Source: Bacteroidota bacterium
GTDB lineage: Bacteria > Bacteroidota > Bacteroidia > 2-12-FULL-35-15
NCBI GenBank assembly: GCA_021323165.1
Contig: JAJTCJ010000026.1
Span: 1,804 to 65,803 of the forward strand
Direction of reading: 5' to 3'
Length of the DNA: 64,000 bases
Shown here: positions 37,860 to 47,395 of the stretch, in pieces
Numbering within the stretch: the first letter of the stretch is position 1
Layout: every line of letters begins with the position of its first letter
Program-made: the position numbers and the translations under genes
Notes under the pieces: generated by a model
What the model saw: only the letters and a program-made list of their open reading frames with translations
Told to the model about the DNA's origin: nothing
Database searches by the model: none

Positions 37860-37990
37860 CTCCTAAAATGTCATTGAAGAGAAAAGTGATCATGGAAGTG
37901 AACAAGGATCTTATTGCTAAGATCTATAATGAATAATTCTGTTTCATGTTTTTATGAAATACCCATTTCTGAAAAAACATTTATTTATAT

Positions 37991-39848
37991 ATGAAAAAAG
38001 AAAAGCACAAGCCTTCCCCAAAGAAAAAAGAAATAGTTCCTGTCATTGAAAAAAAGCTGGTCGTAAGACTGGCTTTTATTATTGCACTCACCTTGCATCA
38101 TGGTTATGTCCTTGATGATGCTTCCATAATAAAGGACAACACGATGACAAAAGGAGGAACATCTTCCCTGAAGGATATTTTCACATCTTCCTACCGGGCG
38201 GGGCAGGCAAATGCCGAGAATGATCTTTACCGGCCAATGTCAAAAGCGCTGTTTGCTATTGAATGGGAAATAGCACCTGACAACTCAACCCTGGCGCATT
38301 TTATAAATATTGTCCTATACGGAATTGCGTGTGTGCTGATGTTCCTTGTGTTCTCACGATGGACAAGAATAAACATCTACATACTTTTTATTACCACACT
38401 GCTTTTTGCTGCTCATCCTATCCATACCGAAGTGGTGGCGAATATTAAAAGCGCTGATGAGATCCTAGAAGATGCCTCATCTGATTCTTTTTCCTGTCTA
38501 TTTTTTCTTTGCGTTATTATCCAAAGAATCCGCCATCGTTTTTGTGGCCATCATTCCGCTCTTCATTTATTTCTTTACGGAATTCCCTGCTAAGAAGAAC
38601 ATACAGGTCACCGCGATAGCTGCCGTAGTTGCTGTTATTTCACTGATCATTCATAAAAGTGTAACCGGTCAAATAGGCATTCCTATCATCCCGGTGATCG
38701 ACAACTCATTGCTTTATACAGACAATACATCCCTGCAAAAAGCAACCGCGATCATGATCCTTGGAAGATATTTGCTGCTGCTGATCTTCCCTCATCCATT
38801 GTCATGCGATTATTCATTCAATACAATTCCTATCGTAAGCGGTTTCGGTGATCCGGGATTTTTATTCTCTTTAGCAATTCATCTTTTCCTATTGATCTAT
38901 GCTATCAAAAAATTAAAAGAGAAACACATTCTTTCTTTCTGCATTTTGTTTTACCTGATAAGCATGTCTATTGCATCCAACGTATTCATATTAATAGGAA
39001 CACACATGGCAGAGCGACTGCTGTTCTTCCCTTCCATCGCGTTTTGCCTGGGTGTAAGTTATTTACTCTGCAAACTTTTCAAGATTGATTTTGAAAACAT
39101 CATCCCGACTTTCAGTGCATTCTTTAAAACTGCAAAGTCCTATGTTATACTAACAGTAGTTGTGATATTGTTGTTCAGTATAAAGACAATGGCGCGTAAC
39201 AAAGACTGGAAATCGAATTCAGATCTCTTTGCGAAGGATATTGAAACAGTTCCGAACAGCGCACACATGCTGATGTATTACACAGGTGATATCATTAAAA
39301 AAGAAAAATTAGATAAAATGAGTCCTGAAGCGAAACAGGCAACTCTCCTGAAAGCAAAATCGCTCATTGAAAAAGCATTGAAGATCTACGAGCTTTTCCC
39401 TGATGCGCATTATCTGCGCGGAAGGGTTCTCTACGACTTAAAGGATTTTAATGAAGCACATAAGGAATATGCGCGTGCTGCATACCTGAATCCAAGCAAA
39501 GCCATGTATCATGCGGGAACAGCATTATTCGGATTAGGAAAATTTGGTGAGGCGGCAAAAGAATTTGAAACGGCCATGAAATTAAATCCTGAAGATCCGG
39601 ATCCTCCCTTCAATCTCGGAAGCGCATTTGGTGCGATGGGTGAGAATTTAAGAGCCCAGAACAAACCGGAGGAAGCAAGAAAAATGTTCCTTCAGGCAAA
39701 TGTATATTTTGAGAAAGCAATTAAAATGAAACCGGATTATAAATCTGCGTACAAGTTCATGGGTGCAACATATTACAGTCTTGGAGATCCTGTAAAAGGG
39801 AAAGAGTATTCAGATAAAGCTGCGCTTATAATAGAAAAGACAGAATAG
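37991..39848 (+). CDS. TPR-repeat integral membrane protein (DUF1736/TMTC-like); apparent frameshift near 38470-38500 splits it into ORFs 37991..38593 and 38472..39848
   Basis: The N-terminal part 'HPIHTEVVANIKSADEIL' breaks off. Its continuation 'ILFPVYFFFALLSKESAIVFVAIIPL' is in the +1 frame after a TAG. TM segments follow, then C-terminal TPR units ('AHYLRGRVLYDLKDFNEAHKEYARAAYLNP...'). Confidence 0.6.
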
Positions 39849-39869
39849 TTTCCTACATAAAACTAAATT

Positions 39870-40586
39870 ATGAAACACCTAACTAAATTATTAGTTGTAA
39901 CTGCGTTTACAATTACAACATCTGTATTGGCACAAACTAACACAGCAGAACCAAAACCTTATATTGATGTTACCGGAATGGCGGAACAGGAAGTTATCCC
40001 TGACGAAATTTTCATAAGCATTGTTATCCGTGAAAGGTATGTGAATAAAGAGAAAATCACTATTGAGATGCAGGAAGAAAAATTAAAATCCGGGCTAAAA
40101 GAAATTGGAATAGACTTAAAGAACCTCTCTTTATCAGATGCCAACGCAGATTATGTTAAAGTTAAATGGAGATCAAAAGATGTTTTAACTAAAAAGGATT
40201 ATACTTTAAAAGTCAATTCCGCGACAACGGTAGGACAAGTATTTCAGCAGCTTGAAAAGATTGAGATTTCAGATGCTTACATTGAAAGAGTTAACCACTC
40301 GAAGATCGACAGCTTAAAAAAAGAAGTGAGGATCCTTGCCATAAAAGCTGCCAAAACAAAAGCAGACTATTTACTTGCTGCAATTGGAGAACAAACCGGA
40401 AAACCATTAATAGTGCAGGAGAAAGAAAACACCTACATGGACTCCAGTATGCTGAATGTGAGGTCAAGCCGTTCTTCATCCACTGAATATTTTGTTGACG
40501 GACAAAAAGTGAGAGGTGAAAGCGATATCCAATTTCAAAAGATAAAGATCCAGTCTGCTATTTATGTTAAGTTTTTGATTAAGTAA
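39870..40586 (+). CDS. SIMPL-domain (DUF541) periplasmic protein
   Basis: A signal peptide is followed by 'YIDVTGMAEQEVIPDEIFISIVI', and the protein is about 238 aa. Confidence 0.6.
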   Translation: MKHLTKLLVVTAFTITTSVLAQTNTAEPKPYIDVTGMAEQEVIPDEIFISIVIRERYVNKEKITIEMQEEKLKSGLKEIGIDLKNLSLSDANADYVKVKWRSKDVLTKKDYTLKVNSATTVGQVFQQLEKIEISDAYIERVNHSKIDSLKKEVRILAIKAAKTKADYLLAAIGEQTGKPLIVQEKENTYMDSSMLNVRSSRSSSTEYFVDGQKVRGESDIQFQKIKIQSAIYVKFLIK

Positions 40587-40681
40587 AAACTTAACATTAA
40601 ATAAACAGCGATTCTGATATTTAATAAGCGCTTATGAATGGATATAAACGCTTAAAAATGGAATTATGGCGTGAAGCCATA

Positions 40682-40698
40682 AGTTAGGGGCAATGCTT
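40682..40698 (+). repeat. left inverted repeat 'AGTTAGGGGCAATGCTT' flanking gene 40720..41508
   Basis: Its reverse complement 'AAGCACAGCCCCTAACA' is at 41521..41537, matching at about 14 of 17 positions. Confidence 0.5.
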
Positions 40699-40719
40699 GA
40701 ACCGAATTCAAACAACAAT

Positions 40720-41508
40720 ATGAAGACAGCAATCAAAGACTATTTTAATAACCTAAGCGACATTATAGATGCAGAATCGAGAATCGCTTCCTCGAACAAG
40801 CATAACCCAGACATAGGAGATAATCGCGAGCATATTCTAATAAACTTTTATAATAAGCATCTACCTGACCGCCAAAGAGCCATACAAGGTGGAAAAATAT
40901 TAGCCCTTGGAGGCATCCACTCTAAGCAAATGGATGTAATTGTTAAAAATGACTTATTTCCAAAGTTCGAGCAAAACCATAAGACTTTTGTATTGTTAGA
41001 AAGCGTAGCTGCCGCGGTGACAGTAAAATCCTTTCTAGATACGTCTGCGTTAGAAGATTGTTTATCTAACATTGCCAGTATTCCACAATTAGACACAAAA
41101 ACATTTTCTCTTCAAAATAGTTCTATTAGACGACCAGAACTTGAACAAGAATTCATGAAAAGTCATCCTACATTAGTTGTATTTGCATATGATGGAATTA
41201 GCTCGACTAGCTTAGACGATTCAATGATTAATTTTTATACACGGAATCCAACAATTCCTATGAACCGCAGACCTCATTATATCATTGTGAACGGCAAGTA
41301 TTTCTTTCACCGACTAACGGCAGAATCAAAATCGATTGATGGAGTCTTATTAAAAGCCGACACTTGGACAAAAGTGGAGCTGACAAAGGAGTTACAAGGT
41401 ATTCCTTTGTCGCGTCTAATTCACGATGTAAACTCTTACAATACCTTTTTGAGTTGTATGTCTTTACACTTCCACGAATATCTCAATGAAACGTACTTTT
41501 CACAATAA
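40720..41508 (+). CDS. hypothetical protein flanked by inverted repeats (possible nucleotidyltransferase-like 'LALGGIHSKQMDVIV' motif)
   Basis: It is 262 aa from Met 40720 (the ORF track starts at 40693, inside the left IR). The region is A+T-rich, and no confident family was recognised. Confidence 0.5.
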   Translation: MKTAIKDYFNNLSDIIDAESRIASSNKHNPDIGDNREHILINFYNKHLPDRQRAIQGGKILALGGIHSKQMDVIVKNDLFPKFEQNHKTFVLLESVAAAVTVKSFLDTSALEDCLSNIASIPQLDTKTFSLQNSSIRRPELEQEFMKSHPTLVVFAYDGISSTSLDDSMINFYTRNPTIPMNRRPHYIIVNGKYFFHRLTAESKSIDGVLLKADTWTKVELTKELQGIPLSRLIHDVNSYNTFLSCMSLHFHEYLNETYFSQ

Positions 41509-41520
41509 GTAAGCACAGCC

Positions 41521-41543
41521 CCTAACAGCAACTTTGAGCTATG
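41521..41543 (-). repeat. right inverted repeat partner 'AAGCACAGCCCCTAACAGCAACT'
   Basis: See the left IR. It starts 13 nt after the gene's stop. Confidence 0.5.
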
Positions 41544-41609
41544 CGGGATTCGTGCTAGTTCGCAAATGCAAATTAAGGTGCTTCGCGAAATCCTTGGCAT
41601 TTGCTAATT

Positions 41610-41617
41610 TACTTTTG
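41610..41617 (+). promoter_or_regulatory. candidate -7 box TACTTTTG upstream of amj-like gene
   Basis: A TAnnTTTG match lies 100 nt upstream of the ATG at 41717. Confidence 0.25.
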
Positions 41618-41716
41618 TACATTTAATAAAGTTTTTCGGTTAAGACAATGTTGTGCTTTTAAACCCGCACAGCGCAAAGCTGCAAACCGTTAGCAGCAAG
41701 CAAACAGACAACAATA

Positions 41717-42517
41717 ATGACGACACAAATAATAATAGTTTTAGTTCTGACTTTTATAATTAATCTAATTACGACACTTTCGTATTCGGTTAGAATTGTG
41801 GGTATTCGGACAGGAAGAATTGCTATATCCTTTGCATTGTTTAACATTCTTGTGCTTGTTTCACGAACGGCAAATGGATTTCAAGCGCCTTTACTTGCAA
41901 AGACGGTTGAAAATGACATCAAGGCTGGCATTTATGGTAACGAATTCACTTTTCGCCTTATCATATTCTCATGCACAATTGCGACAATATGCGGTGCAGT
42001 TCTTATACCTACATTCCAGAGAATTCTATCCAGAGCAGTTCTTAATTTCAGTGTCCATAAATCAATGTCCAGATTGCTTGTTCACGGTTTTTCAAAGGCT
42101 GGCATTCTATATTTTAAGGATAATATGACTGTTCCAGCAAAGGAGAATATAACTCAACTAAAAACTGACACAGAATTCCCCTGGAAAATATTTATACTTA
42201 ACACTCTTGCGGTTGCTATACTAACAATAGGTGTTTTATCAGCGGTTTACGCTTCCTATCTTAATCCAGACTTTAGAACAACAGCTAGCAATCTTTCTGC
42301 ATTTATCAATGGTTTGGCGACTATATTAATGTTTGTGATCATCGACCCCCATCTGTCCGCAATGACAGATGATGTAACTTTAGGACAATGTTCAGAAGGA
42401 ACATTTAGAAAATACATTGTCTACATGACAATTGCCAGACTTCTTGGAACTATTTTGGCGCAAGTACTTTTCATTCCTGGCGCAGAATTTCTTGCATGGG
42501 TAGCGACAATTATATAA
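41717..42517 (+). CDS. amj: lipid II flippase Amj family protein (DUF2837)
   Basis: The N-terminal TM helix runs into 'LSYSVRIVGIRTGRIAISFALFNILVLVSRTANGFQAPLL', which matches the Amj/YdaH signature. The protein is 266 aa and polytopic. Confidence 0.6.
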   Translation: MTTQIIIVLVLTFIINLITTLSYSVRIVGIRTGRIAISFALFNILVLVSRTANGFQAPLLAKTVENDIKAGIYGNEFTFRLIIFSCTIATICGAVLIPTFQRILSRAVLNFSVHKSMSRLLVHGFSKAGILYFKDNMTVPAKENITQLKTDTEFPWKIFILNTLAVAILTIGVLSAVYASYLNPDFRTTASNLSAFINGLATILMFVIIDPHLSAMTDDVTLGQCSEGTFRKYIVYMTIARLLGTILAQVLFIPGAEFLAWVATII

Positions 42518-42637
42518 AGAGCTTCTATTGCCCAGCAGCTAACACAGGTCTAATGCCATTAGGGCATCTTGCTCCGCACAAATTTGACTATATTTGATAG
42601 TACCTCATCTCCATTAGAACAAACGCTACAGTACAAA

Positions 42638-43573
42638 ATGAAAAAAGCCCTACTTCTTCTTCTACTTTTTTGTTTTAGCTTTGCATCTTTAAACGGACAA
42701 ACAACTTACCATCCTTTCCCTACTACATCAGCTATCTGGACCGAGTATTATAATACAATGGGTTCAATAAGTCAAAGCCAACTGGGAATTTTTGGTGATA
42801 CCATTCTTGGATCTGATACATATCATAAATTGTATGCAAGTAGTATTCCTTGCGCTGATACTCTCATGACTCAAGGCAATTCTTTTCTATATGGCGCAAT
42901 CAGAGAAGACAGCTTAAAAAGAGTTTATTATTACCCCTTTGGTTCAACCACCTTTTGCCAGCCAGACATTAGTTATAAAATATATGATTTTTCAAAAACA
43001 ACACCTGGCGATACAATTCAATTTGATACTTCCTCGGCTTCAAGCTGCTATCCATTACCAACAAGATATATTACAATAGATTATGTTGACTCCATTTTAA
43101 TTAATAATTCCTATAGAAAATATTTTCACTTTTTAGAATGTGAGCCCTGGATAGAAGGGATTGGAAGCTTACGTAATTTATTAGCGATGATCAGTCCGGC
43201 ACCTGCCTGTTCCTGCTTCAGTGCGCTTCTTTGCAACAAACAGAATGATTCTCTTTTTTACATGAATCCTGTTTATAATTATTGTTACTGTGATTTAGGC
43301 ACTAACATACCAACCAGTGAAGAAAAGGAATTATTCACAATCTATCCCAATCCGTTTACAACATCAACAACCTTCATCAGCAATAATCAATTAACGAACT
43401 CCACTTTAACCATCTTCAATTCTGCTGGGCAGAGAGTTAAATTCCTTGAAAATATTTCAGGTGAAACAATTACTATTTCACGCGACAATCTGTCGGATGG
43501 TATTTATTATTTAACAGTAATGGAAGGCGGAACAATAGTTTCGGCACATAAATTACTGATTCACGACAAGTAA
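42638..43573 (+). CDS. secreted protein with T9SS type-A C-terminal sorting domain, function unknown
   Basis: The signal peptide is 'MKKALLLLLLFCFSFASLNGQ', and the C-terminus is 'FTIYPNPFTTSTTFI...LTIFNSAGQRV...GIYYLTV'. Confidence 0.7.
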   Translation: MKKALLLLLLFCFSFASLNGQTTYHPFPTTSAIWTEYYNTMGSISQSQLGIFGDTILGSDTYHKLYASSIPCADTLMTQGNSFLYGAIREDSLKRVYYYPFGSTTFCQPDISYKIYDFSKTTPGDTIQFDTSSASSCYPLPTRYITIDYVDSILINNSYRKYFHFLECEPWIEGIGSLRNLLAMISPAPACSCFSALLCNKQNDSLFYMNPVYNYCYCDLGTNIPTSEEKELFTIYPNPFTTSTTFISNNQLTNSTLTIFNSAGQRVKFLENISGETITISRDNLSDGIYYLTVMEGGTIVSAHKLLIHDK

Positions 43574-43574
43574 G

Positions 43575-44024
43575 ATGAAACAATATTTTTTCACAATATT
43601 TCTTCTTTGCATAGGATTTTTAGGTGTTGGGCAAACCGATACGGTTATACAGAACCAGGAGTCTGCTCCCAAAAACAAAACTATTCAAATAATGCCCAAA
43701 TTCCCGGGTGGAGAACAGGCGATCTATAAAATTGTTTCAGACAGTATGGTATACCCAAAACTTGCTGCTAAAGAGAGAATAGGCGGCAGAATTATTATTC
43801 AGTTTACAGTTGATACAATGGGGAACATTGCTGATGTAAAAATCATGAGAGGAATTCGTGAAGACTTAGACAAGGAAGCAATAAGATTGATCTATCTGCT
43901 CAATGGCTGGACACCCGGAACTGAAAACGGGAAGAAAGTCAGGGTTTCGTTTAATTTACCTCTGTATTTTTACCCAGATGAAAAGTTTAGAAAAAAATAC
44001 AAAAAAGAGAATTCTATCAAATAA
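43575..44024 (+). CDS. TonB C-terminal domain protein
   Basis: 'FPGGEQAIYKIVSDSMVYPKLAAKERIGGRIIIQFTVDTMGNIADVKIM' is a TonB_C fold signature. It starts 2 nt after the previous gene. Confidence 0.65.
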   Translation: MKQYFFTIFLLCIGFLGVGQTDTVIQNQESAPKNKTIQIMPKFPGGEQAIYKIVSDSMVYPKLAAKERIGGRIIIQFTVDTMGNIADVKIMRGIREDLDKEAIRLIYLLNGWTPGTENGKKVRVSFNLPLYFYPDEKFRKKYKKENSIK

Positions 44025-44061
44025 CCGCTATAAAATACAAGGCCAAACATAACCCAACAAT

Positions 44062-44667
44062 ATGAAATCAAAACTATTAACACTTTCAATTCTCTTACTG
44101 ACAACCCTATTCATAGGTTTTGCAAATAAATATGAAATTAAACCTTGCTTTATTTCATTTAAGACAGCAACAAACCTGACTGCTGCTGATCCTGACAGGC
44201 TGCCCGAAACCGCTGAAAAAAGCAGGACTGTAAAAACAGACAAAGGCGAAGTGGAAGTTACCTGCATTGACGGCTACAGAATTTTATATAATAATGCTAA
44301 AAAAGCACCATTCGTAAATCTGAAAGTGGAGCTATCTGAAAAAAAATTGTATGCCAACGACCAGGAAAAACTTATTGCCAATCTAAAATATTTAAATTCG
44401 AACTCAACAGGTATGGAAACCCCTGACCTCATCGAACTTGAATTTAATGGATATAAGATCTACGGACTCAGCCGGGGATCAATTGAAAAAGGAAGTAATT
44501 TGGGAACATTTATTATGTTTCCCGGAGATGGGATAATAGTTTATTTCTATTTCAACAATATGAAACCCGAATTTAGAAATTTTGAAAGCGTTGAAGATTA
44601 CAAAAAACAACGTAATAGATTTATGGACGAATACACGAGGTATTTGACAATGTGTAAGGACAAATAA
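44062..44667 (+). CDS. hypothetical secreted protein
   Basis: It has a signal peptide and no recognised domain. Confidence 0.45.
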   Translation: MKSKLLTLSILLLTTLFIGFANKYEIKPCFISFKTATNLTAADPDRLPETAEKSRTVKTDKGEVEVTCIDGYRILYNNAKKAPFVNLKVELSEKKLYANDQEKLIANLKYLNSNSTGMETPDLIELEFNGYKIYGLSRGSIEKGSNLGTFIMFPGDGIIVYFYFNNMKPEFRNFESVEDYKKQRNRFMDEYTRYLTMCKDK

Positions 44668-44763
44668 ATATTAGATCGTCAAAATTATCAGTGTACCACT
44701 TTTGAAACGCATGAATTAAAATTACAACAAGGCGATACTTGGGCCAGGCTAAGAACATTTAAT

Positions 44764-45216
44764 ATGAAATTAAACTACACTTTTACTATTATATTATTTG
44801 CTTTTTCATTTTTACTTTTCTCTTTTGCTGATAATAATTCAAATGAAAAGATTGATAGAATATTAAACGCGGACACAATTGCGTTCGATATCTACTCAGG
44901 TGGATGCTTTAGTAGCTCAGATAATTTTATAGTTATTTTAAAAAAGGACCAAGAGAATTATTTACTGTCATTAACTAATAATAAAAAGAAGGTGACACAA
45001 AAACATATTAAAGGTTACACCTTGAGAAAGTTTGGAGAAAGCTTTAAAAAAGAAATGGCCAAAGAATATACATCAGGGTGTACTACTTCAACTACCTTTG
45101 TTTTAAGTTCAAAAGGAGACACTGTAAGTTTTAATTACCATGTTTGTAACTCAACACACACACCTGCGAAAGAATTTAGCAAAACTTTAGGAATAAAATT
45201 AGAAACCGAGAACTAG
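44764..45216 (+). CDS. hypothetical secreted protein
   Basis: It has a signal peptide and no recognised domain. Confidence 0.45.
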   Translation: MKLNYTFTIILFAFSFLLFSFADNNSNEKIDRILNADTIAFDIYSGGCFSSSDNFIVILKKDQENYLLSLTNNKKKVTQKHIKGYTLRKFGESFKKEMAKEYTSGCTTSTTFVLSSKGDTVSFNYHVCNSTHTPAKEFSKTLGIKLETEN

Positions 45217-45296
45217 CTAATCTATTATTACAGGCAAACAAATTGATTACGGGAAACTATTAAGTTTAAGAAATTAAACGAAAAAAAAATTATATT

Positions 45297-45935
45297 ATGA
45301 AAAAAAAATCAAACTTCTCCTTCCTATTCATTCTATTTATCACTATTACTTCTTGCGGCAATTCCGATCCAAACAATGAAATTGACGAAGGAAACATTAA
45401 AGGTGAAATATATGAAAGCAAAGAAATCGGCTGGACAATAGAAATTCCTAAGGGTTGGGAAATTGTTTCGCGTGACCAAGTTGAAGCTGCTAATGAAAAA
45501 GGAAGCCAAGCCATGGAAAAAGTGACAGGCCAGGAAGTTGACACCAAAACAATGAAAAATTTAATCAGTTTTCAGAAAGATAAGTTCAATCTGCTTGGTT
45601 CAACATCTGAACCTTTTGTTGAAGAATATCCAAATGAATACCTGATCAATAACCAGAAAATTTATGAGATCCTGTATGATACATTTAAAAGCCAGGGAAT
45701 TAAAGCGGACACATCCACAGGGAAAGAGCTGGTTGACAATTTAGAGTTTGATACTTTCTACACCACTATTTATTCTCCAAAAGGTGAAATAATTTTAAAT
45801 CAGGTTTTATATGGAAGATTAATAAATGGTCTTAGTTTCGGTGTAACTATTTGCTATAACAATCCGGAAGATAAAAACACATTGCTTAATGCGTGGAGAG
45901 ATTCTAAATTTAAAAAGACAGATCATCATCAATAA
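45297..45935 (+). CDS. hypothetical lipoprotein
   Basis: The lipobox is 'ITITSCGNS', and no domain was recognised. Confidence 0.45.
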   Translation: MKKKSNFSFLFILFITITSCGNSDPNNEIDEGNIKGEIYESKEIGWTIEIPKGWEIVSRDQVEAANEKGSQAMEKVTGQEVDTKTMKNLISFQKDKFNLLGSTSEPFVEEYPNEYLINNQKIYEILYDTFKSQGIKADTSTGKELVDNLEFDTFYTTIYSPKGEIILNQVLYGRLINGLSFGVTICYNNPEDKNTLLNAWRDSKFKKTDHHQ

Positions 45936-45963
45936 GCTAAAATTGGATTGATTAACTGACCAA

Positions 45964-47370
45964 ATGAAAAAAAACTTACTCGCAATACTTTTCTTATTCA
46001 GTGTGACTGCTTTTTATGGTCAGGAAAGAATAGATGAAAATAAAATTTATCAAAACATAAAAGACTTCAGTGAGTTTCAAATATTCATGAACTCCAACTA
46101 TACCAATATTCAAAATTGGTATTTTGTGCAATCAGGAAAAACGCCACAGAAAGAGGAAACCAGAAAAAACGTTTATGATGAATATCCAACAATCAAGAAA
46201 AAAATATTAAGTTCAATAGACCCTTTTTTCAAAGATCAAGCTATCATCATATTTAAAAAATCCGATTCGCTTATTTCCATTTCTACAAAAGTAATAACCG
46301 TTCTGGATTCATTTTCCTCATATGAAGACCCCCTTTCTTCAATGCAGCTATATGATCCTGTCATTGATACGATGCCAAAACTTAATATATCCTTAAAGAA
46401 AGAAATAGATGAATTGTTGCTATTATTAAACAAGGCGTATTTCACACAAATAACAGATAGAGAATATAAAAGCAAAATTATCAGAATTACATTAATTTTT
46501 GCATCACTTTTAATATTATTAGTTTTTATTTTCTTGATTTCAACAATTAGATCAAAGAAAAAAATTCAAAAGCAAAAGTATGAAGTTGAAAAACAAAAAC
46601 ATTTAATAGAAGAAAAAAACCGTGAAATTACCGACAGTATTTCTTATGCTCTACGCATCCAAACGGCAATTCTTCCTCCACAAAAAATAGTAAAGCAGTA
46701 TTTAGAAAACTCCTTTATACTCTACAAGCCAAAAGACATAGTAGCAGGAGACTTTTACTGGATGGAAACAGTTGATGATTTAATCTTATTTGCTGCTTGT
46801 GATTGCACTGGGCATGGAGTACCAGGTGCAATGGTTTCGGTAGTATGTCACAATGCACTTAACCGTGCTGTAAGAGAATTTAGAATAACACAACCTTCAG
46901 CTATTCTTGATAAAACAACAGAAATTGTTATTGAGAATTTTGCAAAAAGTGAAGAAGACATTAAAGATGGAATGGATATTTCACTTTGCGCTTATAATCC
47001 AAAAACTCAAACACTCCAGTGGTCTGGAGCTAACAATCCCTTGTGGCTAATAAAAAACAACGAGTTAATAGAAATTAAAGCTGATAAGCAGCCGATAGGA
47101 ATGAATGAGAATGGTAAGCCTTTTACAAATCATCAGTTTTCGTTAAATAAAAACGATAGCATTTTCCTATTCACTGATGGCTTTGCTGATCAATTTGGTG
47201 GCGAAACCGGTGGTAAAAAATTAACTCGTAAAAGATTCAAACAATTATTATTAAGCATTCAAGATAAGCCAATGCATAATCAGGGTATAATTTTAGACAA
47301 TTTTATTATTGATTATAGAAAAGAAGTTGAGCAAATTGATGATATCCTCGTTATGGGGGTGAGAGTCTAA
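45964..47370 (+). CDS. membrane-anchored PP2C/SpoIIE-family serine phosphatase with N-terminal extracytoplasmic domain
   Basis: After a signal peptide comes a periplasmic domain of about 150 aa, then a TM segment 'IRITLIFASLLILLVFIFLI' and a coiled coil. The PP2C core is 'VAGDFYWME...AACDCTGHGVPGAM...FTDGFADQFGGE'. Confidence 0.75.
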   Translation: MKKNLLAILFLFSVTAFYGQERIDENKIYQNIKDFSEFQIFMNSNYTNIQNWYFVQSGKTPQKEETRKNVYDEYPTIKKKILSSIDPFFKDQAIIIFKKSDSLISISTKVITVLDSFSSYEDPLSSMQLYDPVIDTMPKLNISLKKEIDELLLLLNKAYFTQITDREYKSKIIRITLIFASLLILLVFIFLISTIRSKKKIQKQKYEVEKQKHLIEEKNREITDSISYALRIQTAILPPQKIVKQYLENSFILYKPKDIVAGDFYWMETVDDLILFAACDCTGHGVPGAMVSVVCHNALNRAVREFRITQPSAILDKTTEIVIENFAKSEEDIKDGMDISLCAYNPKTQTLQWSGANNPLWLIKNNELIEIKADKQPIGMNENGKPFTNHQFSLNKNDSIFLFTDGFADQFGGETGGKKLTRKRFKQLLLSIQDKPMHNQGIILDNFIIDYRKEVEQIDDILVMGVRV

Positions 47371-47395
47371 AACCAACTAATAATTATTCATTACA

